A DNA stretch of 48,712 nucleotides from Clostridia bacterium (GTDB taxonomy: Bacteria > CBDUZB01 > JAGLHV01): positions 1 through 48,712 of the forward strand of contig DAOVVV010000021.1 of assembly GCA_030637025.1 (NCBI GenBank), read 5' to 3'. Every line of letters starts with the position of its first letter. Within the stretch, counting starts at the first letter, position 1. A model generated the notes under the pieces. That model worked only from the letters and a program-made list of their open reading frames with translations, was not told the DNA's origin and ran no database searches. This document shows positions 25,969-35,769 of this stretch, in pieces. Made by a program: the position numbers and the translations under genes.

Positions 25969-28380
25969 TTATTTCACACTCGTTTTTAATTTGTTCAAAT
26001 TGTAAATCGCTGTTTTATCCTGGGGATTTAAATGCAAAATATTTTTCCAATAAACAATTGCTCTTTCATTTTCTTTAATTTGCATATAAAAAAAAGCTAA
26101 ATTTCTATGCGCTATTATATAATCCGGTTTTAATCTTATTGCTTTTTTATAATACTCCTCCGCCATTTTAAACTCCTTTTCCATAAAATATATATTGGCC
26201 AAATTCATATAACAATCCGCACGAAAATGATTGGTAAAATTTATGCCTTTTTCCTTCAGTGCTGTTCGTAAAATTTCTTTTGCTTCCTCATATTTACCTA
26301 ATTGATAATAACATCCGGCAATTTTAATATAAATAGGACTAAAAACAGGATCCAATGCTTGTGCCTTTTTAAAATCATCCAGGGCTTCTTTATAATATAA
26401 TTGTGCTTCTTCTTTTTTCCCCTCTTTATCAGCCCGGTTAGCCAAATAAAAATAAACTTTTCCTTCAAAAAGATGCACCTGAACATAATTAGGAGCAAAT
26501 TTTTTAACTTGCGCATATTTTTCCAATGCTTTATCCATGTCTCCGGGAAATTTTCTATCTCTATAAACATTTCCCATAAAGTAATGAGTCATAATATGAG
26601 AAGGATTAAATCTCCTTACTTTTTCGTATTCTTTTAATGCTTCATCCCAAATCTTTCTTTTAGAATAAGCAATGGCTCTGTTGTGGTATAAATCAGCAAG
26701 AAATAGACGAGAAAAAAACCCATACGGATAAAAAGGGAAAATCAAATACAACCCCACAAATACCACAGCTATTTGGCACAATCGTTTCCTGATTAGTATG
26801 CCTTTTGAAAAATGACATGTGTTTTCATCCAAAACAGCCGTTTCTTTTTTTGCTTTCAAAATTATATTAGCCGCTAATCCTAAAAACAGCCAGAAAAAAA
26901 ATCCGGAGGAAACAAAACGCATATTTACGCACATAAGATTATGGACCAACAACCCAAACAAACCCGATAATATTCCGATTAAATAATATTCATCCTTAGC
27001 TAAATCATCGGACAGTTTTTTATCAGTATTTTCCCGGCTTAAAGCCAATTGCTTAATTTTTCTTATCCCTGTCGAAAAAAAAGCAAACAACATCCAAAGA
27101 AAAATAATCAATCCTACAATTCCCTGGTCATACCATATTTCCAAAAATTCATTTTCCGGATGATCTGTTTCTGTATTATGTTTCCCTTCAATATGAAATA
27201 TTTCAGATCGCCGGTATGCCGGATATGTTATTTTAAACGTTCCCAATCCGGAACCCAAAACAGGATGCTGCTTAATCATTTGAATAGTGGATGCCCAGGT
27301 AAAAAGCCTAAACCGTAAAGAATCAATTCTCTTTCTACTATAATAGGTTACTCCGAATACTGCCAGAATATTAATAACAATTACTCCGGCTATTAAAACC
27401 TTCTTCAGCTTAATTTTCAATCGCAACCCTATAACCGATAAAATAACACAAGCCATACTGGCTGCAGCAAAACCTACCCAGGAAGCTTTTGTTACCGCTA
27501 ATATAATACTGAGCGTATTCATTAAAAAAATAATTAAATATTTATTTTTTTTAGTTCTTAAAAACTCCATAAAAATTAAAGGACTTACTAAAACCAAAAA
27601 AGCAGCAAAAAAATTAGGATTACCGAATGTTGAAAAAATACGATAACCAAAAGCATTTCTCCACACAAAAGGATCTAAATGTGGTTCCATTAAAAATTTA
27701 AGAACAATTTTCCTGACTGATACAATTAGAGAGAGGGTACTTTTATTAAAATATTGTAAAAACCCATATAATACAGCCAAAAAGGCAGCAAAAATAATCC
27801 AGCGTATTACTTTATCAATATTTGCTTCTTTTCTGTCTTTATAAAGTAAAGTACCTATACCTGTTATACATAAAAAAACTATCCCTGCTTTAATCATTGA
27901 TACATTTAAAGCCATTCCAACGGAAAAAATGGCCTTATTAAAAATAGTTAATACAAGAAAAATAGCTATCATTACAGGCCAAAAAAATAATTTTATTGAT
28001 TCCTTTCTATCAGCTTCATAAGCTATAACCAGAAAAATGCCTGTATATAATATTCTTTTGATTAATTCGTCCAAACTGGTAAATTTAAAATGGGAAAGAC
28101 TGTAAGATAAAAGAGCACTAAAAAGAAAACATATTACAGGAATAGTTAAATAATTTAAAAAAGGAAAGGAATAGGGGAAGTCATTTCCGGAAGAATGCAT
28201 CTCTATTATCTTTATCAGCCACAATGAAAAAAATATAATTCCCCCAAACTGCAGAAGAGTAATCTTTATCTGACAGGAATCATATGTTTTCAAATAAAAA
28301 GATAAAACTATTAGAAAAGCCAGCATCGGCAAACAAAAAGATATTAATTTATTGATTACTTTGATTAATTTAGTATTCAT
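25969..28380 (-). CDS. O-antigen ligase (Wzy_C) family protein with C-terminal TPRs
   Basis: STFGNPNF, KASWVG, GSGLGTF, HPENEFLE, TPR repeats. Confidence 0.85.
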   Translation of the reverse strand: MNTKLIKVINKLISFCLPMLAFLIVLSFYLKTYDSCQIKITLLQFGGIIFFSLWLIKIIEMHSSGNDFPYSFPFLNYLTIPVICFLFSALLSYSLSHFKFTSLDELIKRILYTGIFLVIAYEADRKESIKLFFWPVMIAIFLVLTIFNKAIFSVGMALNVSMIKAGIVFLCITGIGTLLYKDRKEANIDKVIRWIIFAAFLAVLYGFLQYFNKSTLSLIVSVRKIVLKFLMEPHLDPFVWRNAFGYRIFSTFGNPNFFAAFLVLVSPLIFMEFLRTKKNKYLIIFLMNTLSIILAVTKASWVGFAAASMACVILSVIGLRLKIKLKKVLIAGVIVINILAVFGVTYYSRKRIDSLRFRLFTWASTIQMIKQHPVLGSGLGTFKITYPAYRRSEIFHIEGKHNTETDHPENEFLEIWYDQGIVGLIIFLWMLFAFFSTGIRKIKQLALSRENTDKKLSDDLAKDEYYLIGILSGLFGLLVHNLMCVNMRFVSSGFFFWLFLGLAANIILKAKKETAVLDENTCHFSKGILIRKRLCQIAVVFVGLYLIFPFYPYGFFSRLFLADLYHNRAIAYSKRKIWDEALKEYEKVRRFNPSHIMTHYFMGNVYRDRKFPGDMDKALEKYAQVKKFAPNYVQVHLFEGKVYFYLANRADKEGKKEEAQLYYKEALDDFKKAQALDPVFSPIYIKIAGCYYQLGKYEEAKEILRTALKEKGINFTNHFRADCYMNLANIYFMEKEFKMAEEYYKKAIRLKPDYIIAHRNLAFFYMQIKENERAIVYWKNILHLNPQDKTAIYNLNKLKTSVK

Positions 28381-28534
28381 AACTAATTTATTACGATATT
28401 AAAAAACATTATTTTTTAAATTTACTTTTGCTCATCATAATCTTTTTCTATTTTTTATGCTAAAGAAAAATCAACGCGAACTATTATATCTTCCACAAAA
28501 GATATATATTCGCGTTCTAAAAGGACCTTAATAA

Positions 28535-28606
28535 AGCCGGGGGAGAGATTCGAACTCTTGACCTGAGCTTTACGAAAGCCCTGCTCTACCACTGAGCTAC
28601 CCCGGC
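28535..28606 (-). tRNA. tRNA-Thr(CGT)
   Basis: GCCGGGGTAGCTCAGTGGTAGAGCAGGGCTTTCGTAAAGCTCAGGTCAAGAGTTCGAATCTCTCCCCCGGCT; CCA not encoded. Confidence 0.95.
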
Positions 28607-28681
28607 ATAAAATATGATACCAAACAAATATCTGCCCCAGCTACATTGGTAAGTTTTTTTTGATTTTAACCATACACATCA

Positions 28682-28757
28682 TGGTGCCGCGGGACGGAAT
28701 CGAACCGCCGACGCAGGGATTTTCAGTCCCTCGCTCCACCGACTGAGCTACCGCGGC
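28682..28757 (-). tRNA. tRNA-Phe(GAA)
   Basis: GCCGCGGTAGCTCAGTCGGTGGAGCGAGGGACTGAAAATCCCTGCGTCGGCGGTTCGATTCCGTCCCGCGGCACCA. Confidence 0.96.
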
Positions 28758-28867
28758 ACCTTTGATTATACCGTTAACATTGCTTTTTATTAAACTTTAT
28801 GAGTAATATCCTAACAAAATTGTTTTATTTTGTCAATTTAAAATTCCCTTTTTTTTATTACATTAAT

Positions 28868-29030
28868 GAACTCCCCTGCAGCAAATATCAAAGGTTTATC
28901 CCCCCTAACTTTTGCGCAGCAATCTGCAGGGACTTAAACACTCGACCCTTCGCTCCCTACGGTCTCTCAGGATCAATTCGACTACAGAATTTTTTTCAGC
29001 TACGCTGACAAAAACTCTAAGTCTCATTGA
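28868..29030 (+). repeat. Composite hairpin repeat, copy 2
   Basis: Shared with 15035-15145; preceded by CCCTGCAGCAA...CAGCAATCTGCAGGG. Confidence 0.85.
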
Positions 29031-29053
29031 GATTAATTGTTCCTATCGTGAAT

Positions 29054-29965
29054 TTATTTATTCAGAAGATAAGAACAATAATCTTTTATCCCCTCTTCTA
29101 TGTTGTATTTAGCTTTAAATCCCAAACGATTCTCAGCCATAAAGGTATCTGCCTGAGTCTCATCCTGACAAAAATTATAAGGATTATCAAAATATTCACA
29201 TTTCCGATTTAGTCCCAAATTATTATTTAAAATTTTAACAACTTGGTTAAAAGAAGTTGCCGTACCTGTACCAACATTTACAATGCAACTTTCCTCCGAT
29301 TTTATCCCTTTTAAATTTGCTTCATTTAAATCTTTTACATAAATAAAATCCCTTTTCTGTTCCCCATGTTTAAAAATTCTCGGATTTTTCCCTGCTTTCA
29401 TTTGTTGAAAAAGCTGATAAATCATACTTGCTGATTTACCTTTATATTCTTCTCCCGGACCATAAACATTAAAATACCTTAGTCCTACAATTATTATATT
29501 TTTATTTTCTATTTCTTTTTTTGCTAAATCATCCATCATTTTTTTGGAAAGAGCATAGGCATTCAACGGTTCCGGGGTCTGATCTTCCTGCATCGGACTT
29601 TTTCCGCGACCATAAGTTCCGGCCGAAGAAGCATAAACTAATTTCGCCCCCTTCACTTTAGCAAAATTTAATACATTTTTAAATCCGTCAACGTTCATCC
29701 CAATCATTTCCCGGTCATCACTAAAAGTAGTATCGGTAATTGAAGCCAAGTGAACAATAACATCAAAGTGCTTATTAATAAATTTCCTGTTTAAATCCAA
29801 AGTAGAAATATCCTCCTTAATTATCTCTCCTTTGAAATGCCCTAAATTCTTAATATTCCCGGACAAGAAACTATCAATCACAGTTATTTCATACTCCGAA
29901 TTTTTCAAACTCAATACTAAATTAGAACCAATAAATCCACCACCACCGGTAACTAAAATTTTCAT
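29054..29965 (-). CDS. hldD: ADP-L-glycero-D-manno-heptose 6-epimerase-like NAD-dependent epimerase
   Basis: GGGGFIGSNL, YASSAGTYG, YALSK, LRYFNVYGPGEEYKGKSAS, RDFIYVKD. Confidence 0.8.
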   Translation of the reverse strand: MKILVTGGGGFIGSNLVLSLKNSEYEITVIDSFLSGNIKNLGHFKGEIIKEDISTLDLNRKFINKHFDVIVHLASITDTTFSDDREMIGMNVDGFKNVLNFAKVKGAKLVYASSAGTYGRGKSPMQEDQTPEPLNAYALSKKMMDDLAKKEIENKNIIIVGLRYFNVYGPGEEYKGKSASMIYQLFQQMKAGKNPRIFKHGEQKRDFIYVKDLNEANLKGIKSEESCIVNVGTGTATSFNQVVKILNNNLGLNRKCEYFDNPYNFCQDETQADTFMAENRLGFKAKYNIEEGIKDYCSYLLNK

Positions 29966-30045
29966 AACCTTAACGCCTCCCCATCTCTTTAAATAATATC
30001 GAAAGATTTACTCCCGACAAATAAAGTTCAACCCCCTGCTCCTCA

Positions 30046-30786
30046 CTATTTTAATTTTGGTCCAAGAGGATATTTTCCACAATTAAACTTTTCTCCTTCG
30101 GGACAATAACCTAAACTTTCACACTTTGCTCCTGCCCGTTCAAAAACACAGGGAACCTTTTCTTTCGTTATTTTCAACATTCTATTAGCCAGGTTGCGCA
30201 ATTCCCATTGTGTACGATTACAACATCTGACCTTAAAAAAATGTAATAATTCTCTGCAATTCATCGTAATCACAATTTTAGTTTCCACAGCCATAGGAAG
30301 TAAAAAACGGGCATCCTGATTTGCCTGTTCTTTTATAATTCCTTTCGCCTCAAACAACTCAATTAGCCGTTTATAATCTTCCTGACAAGTGTGAATTGAT
30401 TTTTCAAATATCTTTAAAAGTTCCGGATCATTTTTAATAGAAGAAGGAATGATATAATCAAAATCTGTCGCCCGAACATATCGTTGACTTTGCTGAGAAT
30501 AGGAAGCTAAACGATGCCTTACCAACTGATGGCTGCAGGCACGGGATATTCCTTCTACTGCAAAAGAAAAACTCACATGTTCCAGAGGACTTTCGTGCCC
30601 GGATTTAATTATCTTTTTTATAAAATCTTCTTTTTTTTTGTCTCCGCCAATATTTTTTTCATCCTTTTTACAAAAAACATCAGCAGCAAATTTATTTGAA
30701 TAACATTGCCTGCAGGACGAATAAATCAAATTAACCGCGTCATTGGTCATTGAAATAAATTTTACCTTTAAATTTTTTTGACCCAT
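30046..30786 (-). CDS. thyX: Flavin-dependent thymidylate synthase
   Basis: GHESPLEH, HQLVRHRLASYSQQSQRY, ARFLLP. Confidence 0.95.
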   Translation of the reverse strand: MGQKNLKVKFISMTNDAVNLIYSSCRQCYSNKFAADVFCKKDEKNIGGDKKKEDFIKKIIKSGHESPLEHVSFSFAVEGISRACSHQLVRHRLASYSQQSQRYVRATDFDYIIPSSIKNDPELLKIFEKSIHTCQEDYKRLIELFEAKGIIKEQANQDARFLLPMAVETKIVITMNCRELLHFFKVRCCNRTQWELRNLANRMLKITKEKVPCVFERAGAKCESLGYCPEGEKFNCGKYPLGPKLK

Positions 30787-30856
30787 TTTTCTATTTTTTC
30801 CTTAAAAATTATATGCCGTTATTCCGCCGAAAACAGTACTTCTCTCCGGAGAGGAA

Positions 30857-30885
30857 ATTATGCCATAATTAATAATAAATGTCAA
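30857..30885 (-). promoter_or_regulatory. Sigma70-type promoter of thyX
   Basis: Minus strand TTGACA-17 bp-CATAAT. Confidence 0.6.
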
Positions 30886-30920
30886 ACATTTTAAAAAATC
30901 AATCACTTTTGAGAAAACCC

Positions 30921-31187
30921 TTTATTTTTGATAAAAATCAATCTGATAAATTACAATAATGCTGCTTAAATAATCAGGATAAACTATTCCTGAAGAATAC
31001 CTTATTGTTTAAAAACAAATTAGCACCCAATATAAAAGGAGTTTTTCCTTTTTGGATAAAAAAGTAAAACTCCTTTTTATTGCTTTTGTTTAAACGTTAC
31101 CAAATATTATTCTATTTTTTTAACTTACTTAGGTAGGTTTAAATTCATCTTGTAGATACAAAGCCCGGATATCTTAACTTTTTTCAT
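30921..31187. pseudogene. Relic of a duplicated unit: promoter/start copy, terminator copy and 20-aa mini-ORF
   Basis: 30921-31015 resembles 32400-32495; 31034-31123 resembles 33655-33734; minus-strand ORF 31187-31125 with RBS sits where the TonB receptor sits in the other copy. Confidence 0.65.
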
Positions 31188-31230
31188 CTTTCTCCTTCCA
31201 AAATATAGTAATGTCAAAAATCATTGACCT

Positions 31231-32223
31231 TTAATTAAAAACTGTATGCGCTTTCTTTAAAATCTTATCGGAAATGTTTATTCCCAACAGTTCAGAAACC
31301 CTAATATTTATTGATAAAAGTGTTTTTCTGGGAAAAGTAACAGGTAAAGAACTCGCATTTTTCCCCTTTAATATTTCACAGGATAATTCTCCTGACTGCC
31401 GGCCAATATCTTCATAATCACAATCTAAGGCAAACAATGCACCATTCTTAACCAGATGCCGGGCATACCCCATAACAGGAATTCTATTTCTCAAAGTAAA
31501 AGATAATATATACAATAAAGATTGTTTATTAATTAATTTTGTATCAAGAACCATCCACAATATGTCAATATCATTAATTAATCCGTTAATAGCATCGGGT
31601 ACTTGCTTTGGATAAATGACCGTAACTTTTTTTAATTCTATTTCGTTTTCTTTAGCAAATAAAACAGCTTTTTTAATTATTTTTTCTGTATTAAACGGAT
31701 TATAAACTACTCCCACTTCCTTCACATCAGTAACAATTGATTTCATTAGGCTTAATTGAACATCGGGAATAATATCCATTGCACTACCGGTAAAATTACT
31801 TCCCGGATTTTTTATGTTTTGTACAAAACCCTTTCCTACCGGATCTAATACCATGGAAAACACTACCGGAATATTCTTTATTTCTGCATCCCATACTTTT
31901 TGCGTACTTCGAGTACCTATAGTTAATATCAAATCTGTTTTTTCTTCTCTAATCTTCTCAATGGTACCGTCTATTCTTTTGTCTAGTAAATAATAATTTA
32001 AAACTAAATTTTCCCCTTCTTTATAGCCCTCTTTTTCCAATGCTTCCAAAAATCCTTTCAAGGCATCATTATAGGGTCTAATATTTAAACTCTTAATAAT
32101 ACAAATATCTACTATCTCCTCGGCAATTGTCTCTTTTATTTGCCCCAAAAACATTATTATTGTTAAAAACAATATTAGTTTATATTTAAGAGATAGTCTT
32201 TTATTTTTTTTTTTATTTTTCAT
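31231..32223 (-). CDS. ABC_sub_bind-type periplasmic binding protein (paralog 1)
   Basis: DLILTIGT, PVVFSMVLDP, SNFTG, GVVYNP, GALFAL..DYEDIGRQSG. Confidence 0.85.
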   Translation of the reverse strand: MKNKKKNKRLSLKYKLILFLTIIMFLGQIKETIAEEIVDICIIKSLNIRPYNDALKGFLEALEKEGYKEGENLVLNYYLLDKRIDGTIEKIREEKTDLILTIGTRSTQKVWDAEIKNIPVVFSMVLDPVGKGFVQNIKNPGSNFTGSAMDIIPDVQLSLMKSIVTDVKEVGVVYNPFNTEKIIKKAVLFAKENEIELKKVTVIYPKQVPDAINGLINDIDILWMVLDTKLINKQSLLYILSFTLRNRIPVMGYARHLVKNGALFALDCDYEDIGRQSGELSCEILKGKNASSLPVTFPRKTLLSINIRVSELLGINISDKILKKAHTVFN

Positions 32224-32406
32224 CCTTAATTTCTTTCTTTCTTACTATTCATTAAAAACTCAGCCTTAATATATCTATTTCTTACCTGTTTAACTTATCA
32301 TAAAAAATACTTCCCTGTCAATGATATTATCTATCAGCTTTATATTTTTGATGATGTTAAATATTTCGCGTCCTTTTATCTATTTTAAATAGAGACTTTT
32401 TTATTC

Positions 32407-32436
32407 TTGACAAAAATTAGTCTGATAATTTACAAT
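32407..32436 (+). promoter_or_regulatory. Sigma70-type promoter of the DUF116 gene
   Basis: TTGACA-18 bp-TACAAT. Confidence 0.6.
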
Positions 32437-32484
32437 GAAACTGTTTAAATAATCAGGATAAAAAATTTCCAGAGGAATATCGCC

Positions 32485-33045
32485 TTGTTTAAAAAAATAA
32501 TCAGTTACTTTAAGAAAAAACGAAATCACCAGAAAAGAGCCGCTAAATTTACTGAATTAATCAATATTCTAAAGGGAACCGATCCCGAAAAAGATAATCT
32601 TAAGGAATTTTATAAAACTTCTATTCTTCAAAAAAACAAAGAAAATATTCCAAAATTTTCAGCAATTCCTTTTTCGGAAAGAATAATCCTGTTACCTCAG
32701 TGTCTTCGCAACATTGATCAATGCAAAGCTAAAGAAATCGGTATCCTGTATGAATGTCAGCATTGTGGTGCGTGCAAAATTGACTGGATTATCCAAAAAG
32801 CAAAAAATTTGGGTTACAAAGGAATTTACCTGCTCAAAGGCGGAAGTGTTATTTCAAAAATAATTGAAGAGGTTCACCCTAAAGCACTTATTGGGGTAGC
32901 CTGCTTTTATGAAGGATTAATCGGCATAACCGAATGTGAAAAACATGGCATTATCGTCCAATTCGTTCCTTTAACCAAAGATGGTTGTGTTAATACCGAC
33001 TTAAATTTAGATGTATTAAAAAACTCAATGAATTTAATTAAATAA
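32485..33045 (+). CDS. DUF116-family Cys-rich protein
   Basis: LLPQCLR, CQHCGACKI, GGS, IGVAC, DGCVNT. Confidence 0.85.
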   Translation: MFKKIISYFKKKRNHQKRAAKFTELINILKGTDPEKDNLKEFYKTSILQKNKENIPKFSAIPFSERIILLPQCLRNIDQCKAKEIGILYECQHCGACKIDWIIQKAKNLGYKGIYLLKGGSVISKIIEEVHPKALIGVACFYEGLIGITECEKHGIIVQFVPLTKDGCVNTDLNLDVLKNSMNLIK

Positions 33046-33217
33046 TTCACCATATATCAAACAAACTTTAAATTTCAAAATTAATGGATGAATATTACTT
33101 TCAATATTTTGTTTTCCGTACAATAAACAAAAGTAGTTCCAAAAAATAGATGAAATATATAAGGCACATCATTCATAATGATGTATGCCTTGATACAGTC
33201 AATGCACTCCAAATACT

Positions 33218-33315
33218 TAGACTTATGCAAAATAGCTTTTTTACCCTTTTTGCCTGCCCGGTACGCCTCAGGCGGAGCGGACAGGCAAGCAGAATATTGT
33301 ATTTTGCAGAAGTCT
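33218..33315. mobile_element. Short copy of the MITE with 9-bp flanking duplication
   Basis: AGACTTATGCAAAATA...TATTTTGCAGAAGTCT; CCAAATACT at 33209-33217 and 33316-33324; internal hairpin 33250-33288. Confidence 0.8.
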
Positions 33316-33343
33316 CCAAATACTAAATAAGGAGGATTGCCTT

Positions 33344-33604
33344 ATGGCAAAAAGTATTTTAATTATTTTATTAGGAAAGAGAAAAGAATCTGCCGTTAGT
33401 GTCCAAAAGATTCTTACTCAATGGGGATGTTTGATAAAAACAAGATTGGGAATACATGATGGTGTGCTGGAAAATTGTTCGGAAAGCGGATTAATTATCC
33501 TGGAATTAGTAGGGGCTAAATCCAAAAAAGAAGAATTTACCAGAAAATTAAATCTCTTATCCGGAGTAACGGCAAAACTTGTCGAACTTTCCATCGATAA
33601 ATGA
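33344..33604 (+). CDS. Small ACT-like protein (TM1266-like)
   Basis: VQKILTQWGCLIKTRLGIH..GLIILEL; RBS AAGGAGG. Confidence 0.75.
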   Translation: MAKSILIILLGKRKESAVSVQKILTQWGCLIKTRLGIHDGVLENCSESGLIILELVGAKSKKEEFTRKLNLLSGVTAKLVELSIDK

Positions 33605-33654
33605 AAAAAAACTCTTAAAACAAAACCCTGCCAATATTTTTTTGAAAAGAAATT

Positions 33655-33690
33655 AAGGGAGTTTCTACCTTTTTGGCAAAAACTCCCTTT
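33655..33690. terminator. Hairpin between convergent genes
   Basis: AAGGGAGTTT...AAACTCCCTT. Confidence 0.65.
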
Positions 33691-33739
33691 TATTCCTTCT
33701 TTTTATTTAACCGATATTATTCTGTTTTTTTTAATCCCT

Positions 33740-35716
33740 TTAAAACTTATAATTTACATTCCCGGTGATTTTTCTGCCTATTTCTTCACCAAAAACTAAA
33801 CCAGGAATATTTCCCGGGGTATATTGATAATGTTCATCCTTAAAAAGATTAAAGGCGGCCACAGCTATCTCTAAATTATCGTTTATCTGATAACCCAAAC
33901 GAACATTGACTAAAGTATAGGAATCAAGTTTAAGATTCCCCACCCACAATTCAACCTCATCTACATAATTGACACTTACATTTAAAGACAACCCATTTTT
34001 TAATTTAGCCCTTAACTCCGCATTAACTTTATTTAAAGGGGATTCTTTTCTGCGTTGATCTTTTTCGTCCTCATCAGAAATAGGATCATCTTCCAAATCA
34101 ATAATTTCCTGATAAGAATAATTAACCATTCCTGTTAACCCTTCAGCAATTAATACCTCTACGCTTATTTCCCCCCCTCTTCCCTCGGTTTCTCCGGTAT
34201 TCAAATAAGTATAGTATGGACCCACAGGTGAACCTGGATAAAGTTCATTAGGAACAGACGTTAATTTAGCCCGGGCATTAATAAAATCTTTATATTGGTT
34301 ATAAAATAAATCCACTCTTGCCTTTACTCTATCCACCAGTAAGGTTTGATAACCAATTTCATAAGTAGTAATTTTTTCCGGGGTTAAATCTTCATTTCCT
34401 ACTGTAGGTATCTCTACAATCATAGTGGGAGGAAAAGGAAGAGGAAGCCCGGTTTCAACCGTTACCTCTGTACTGGTTTCTGTATAGGATTCAAAAAAAG
34501 TAGGAGATCTAAACGCTGTAGCGGCAGATATCCTAAAAGTGTGATTTTTAACCGGAGAATAAATTACACTCGTTCTGGGAGTGGTATGATCTCCAAAAAG
34601 AGGATGATAATCATATCTCCCTCCTATAACTATGGACAGAGAATCTATTGGTTTAAACTCTTCCTGTAAATAAAAATCCCAGGTACCCTGTTCTTGTTTT
34701 CTATCTTTCAGTGTATCACTTTCTACATTGCACTGCCTGAAATTTCCTCCCAAAACAATAGAATGTTTTTCCAATAAATCTAATGCTTGCTGTATTTCTA
34801 TTTCATAAGTATCACTTTCCTGTTTATCTGTCAGAAGAGTAGTTAAGTCTAATATCTCTCCATCTACTCCCTCCCAATAAGCAAGCACTTTTAAATCTTT
34901 AAAATTATAATCCGCCTGAAAATAATCTGTTGTTCCCTTTTTTTCCATAGGAATATGACCCGCTGCCAGTTCTCCCTCCGTTTCTCCATGTCCGCCGGAA
35001 AAAGTTAATTTAGAATTATCATTAAATTTATAGCCTACGGCTACATTTCCCCGTGGTATTCCGTCTAAACTTTCTTTATCCTTTATCCACTGGTCTGTTT
35101 GATACCAACCTAAAGATACTTTATAGTCTAATTTATCTATTACTCCTGCCTGAATCACTGATCCTAAGGAAGTATTATATTCTCCTGCAGTAAAGGAAAT
35201 GGATGTTCCTTTTAATTTTTCAGGTGATTTAGTAATAATATGAATTACTCCGGAATAAGCATTAGCTCCGTACAAAGCCGAACCGGGGCCCCTGATTATT
35301 TCAATCCTTTCAATCTCTTCCAATGAAACAGTTAATGACTCCCAAAAAACATTTCCCAGGAGTTTCAAATAAATAGGCCGACCGTCAACCATTACTAACA
35401 TTTTGTTATAAAGCCGGTGATTAAGCCCACGCGCAGCAACATTAAAATCCGAAGCAGTAACCGCCATAACATCCATACCGGGTACCATTCTCAAAAGGTC
35501 AGGAACATTCGTTGCCCCCGATTGGTGAATATCTTCTGCAGTAATTACAGTGATAGCAGAAGGAGCTTCACTTATTTTCTGCTCATACCGGGAGGCAGTA
35601 ACAACCATCTCCTCCTCGCTAAATAAAATAAGCTCCGATGCAAAAACTAAACTACTGCTAACAGCCAGCATTACTACCAGAAAACCCACTCTTAATACGG
35701 AAAAAACATTTTTCAT
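33740..35716 (-). CDS. TonB-dependent receptor
   Basis: VVTASRYEQKISEAPSAITVI, IERIEIIRGPGSALYGANAYSGVIHIIT, terminal YKF. Confidence 0.92.
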   Translation of the reverse strand: MKNVFSVLRVGFLVVMLAVSSSLVFASELILFSEEEMVVTASRYEQKISEAPSAITVITAEDIHQSGATNVPDLLRMVPGMDVMAVTASDFNVAARGLNHRLYNKMLVMVDGRPIYLKLLGNVFWESLTVSLEEIERIEIIRGPGSALYGANAYSGVIHIITKSPEKLKGTSISFTAGEYNTSLGSVIQAGVIDKLDYKVSLGWYQTDQWIKDKESLDGIPRGNVAVGYKFNDNSKLTFSGGHGETEGELAAGHIPMEKKGTTDYFQADYNFKDLKVLAYWEGVDGEILDLTTLLTDKQESDTYEIEIQQALDLLEKHSIVLGGNFRQCNVESDTLKDRKQEQGTWDFYLQEEFKPIDSLSIVIGGRYDYHPLFGDHTTPRTSVIYSPVKNHTFRISAATAFRSPTFFESYTETSTEVTVETGLPLPFPPTMIVEIPTVGNEDLTPEKITTYEIGYQTLLVDRVKARVDLFYNQYKDFINARAKLTSVPNELYPGSPVGPYYTYLNTGETEGRGGEISVEVLIAEGLTGMVNYSYQEIIDLEDDPISDEDEKDQRRKESPLNKVNAELRAKLKNGLSLNVSVNYVDEVELWVGNLKLDSYTLVNVRLGYQINDNLEIAVAAFNLFKDEHYQYTPGNIPGLVFGEEIGRKITGNVNYKF

Positions 35717-35769
35717 TCTTTTTCCTCCTTTTTTAAAATATATAAAACTTTTGTTTTTTTAAATCCTAA

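Noticed and set aside
28535-28757. tRNA-anchored genomic island
   Set aside because: No integrase and no duplicated tRNA 3' end seen in the window.
28799-29212. Three overlapping plus-strand ORFs
   Set aside because: They span the hairpin repeat and the antisense of hldD; no recognisable motifs.
30787-30856. Riboswitch in the thyX leader (hairpin TTCTCTCCGGAGAGGAA)
   Set aside because: The leader is only about 70 nt and lacks THF or ZTP aptamer motifs that I can recognise.
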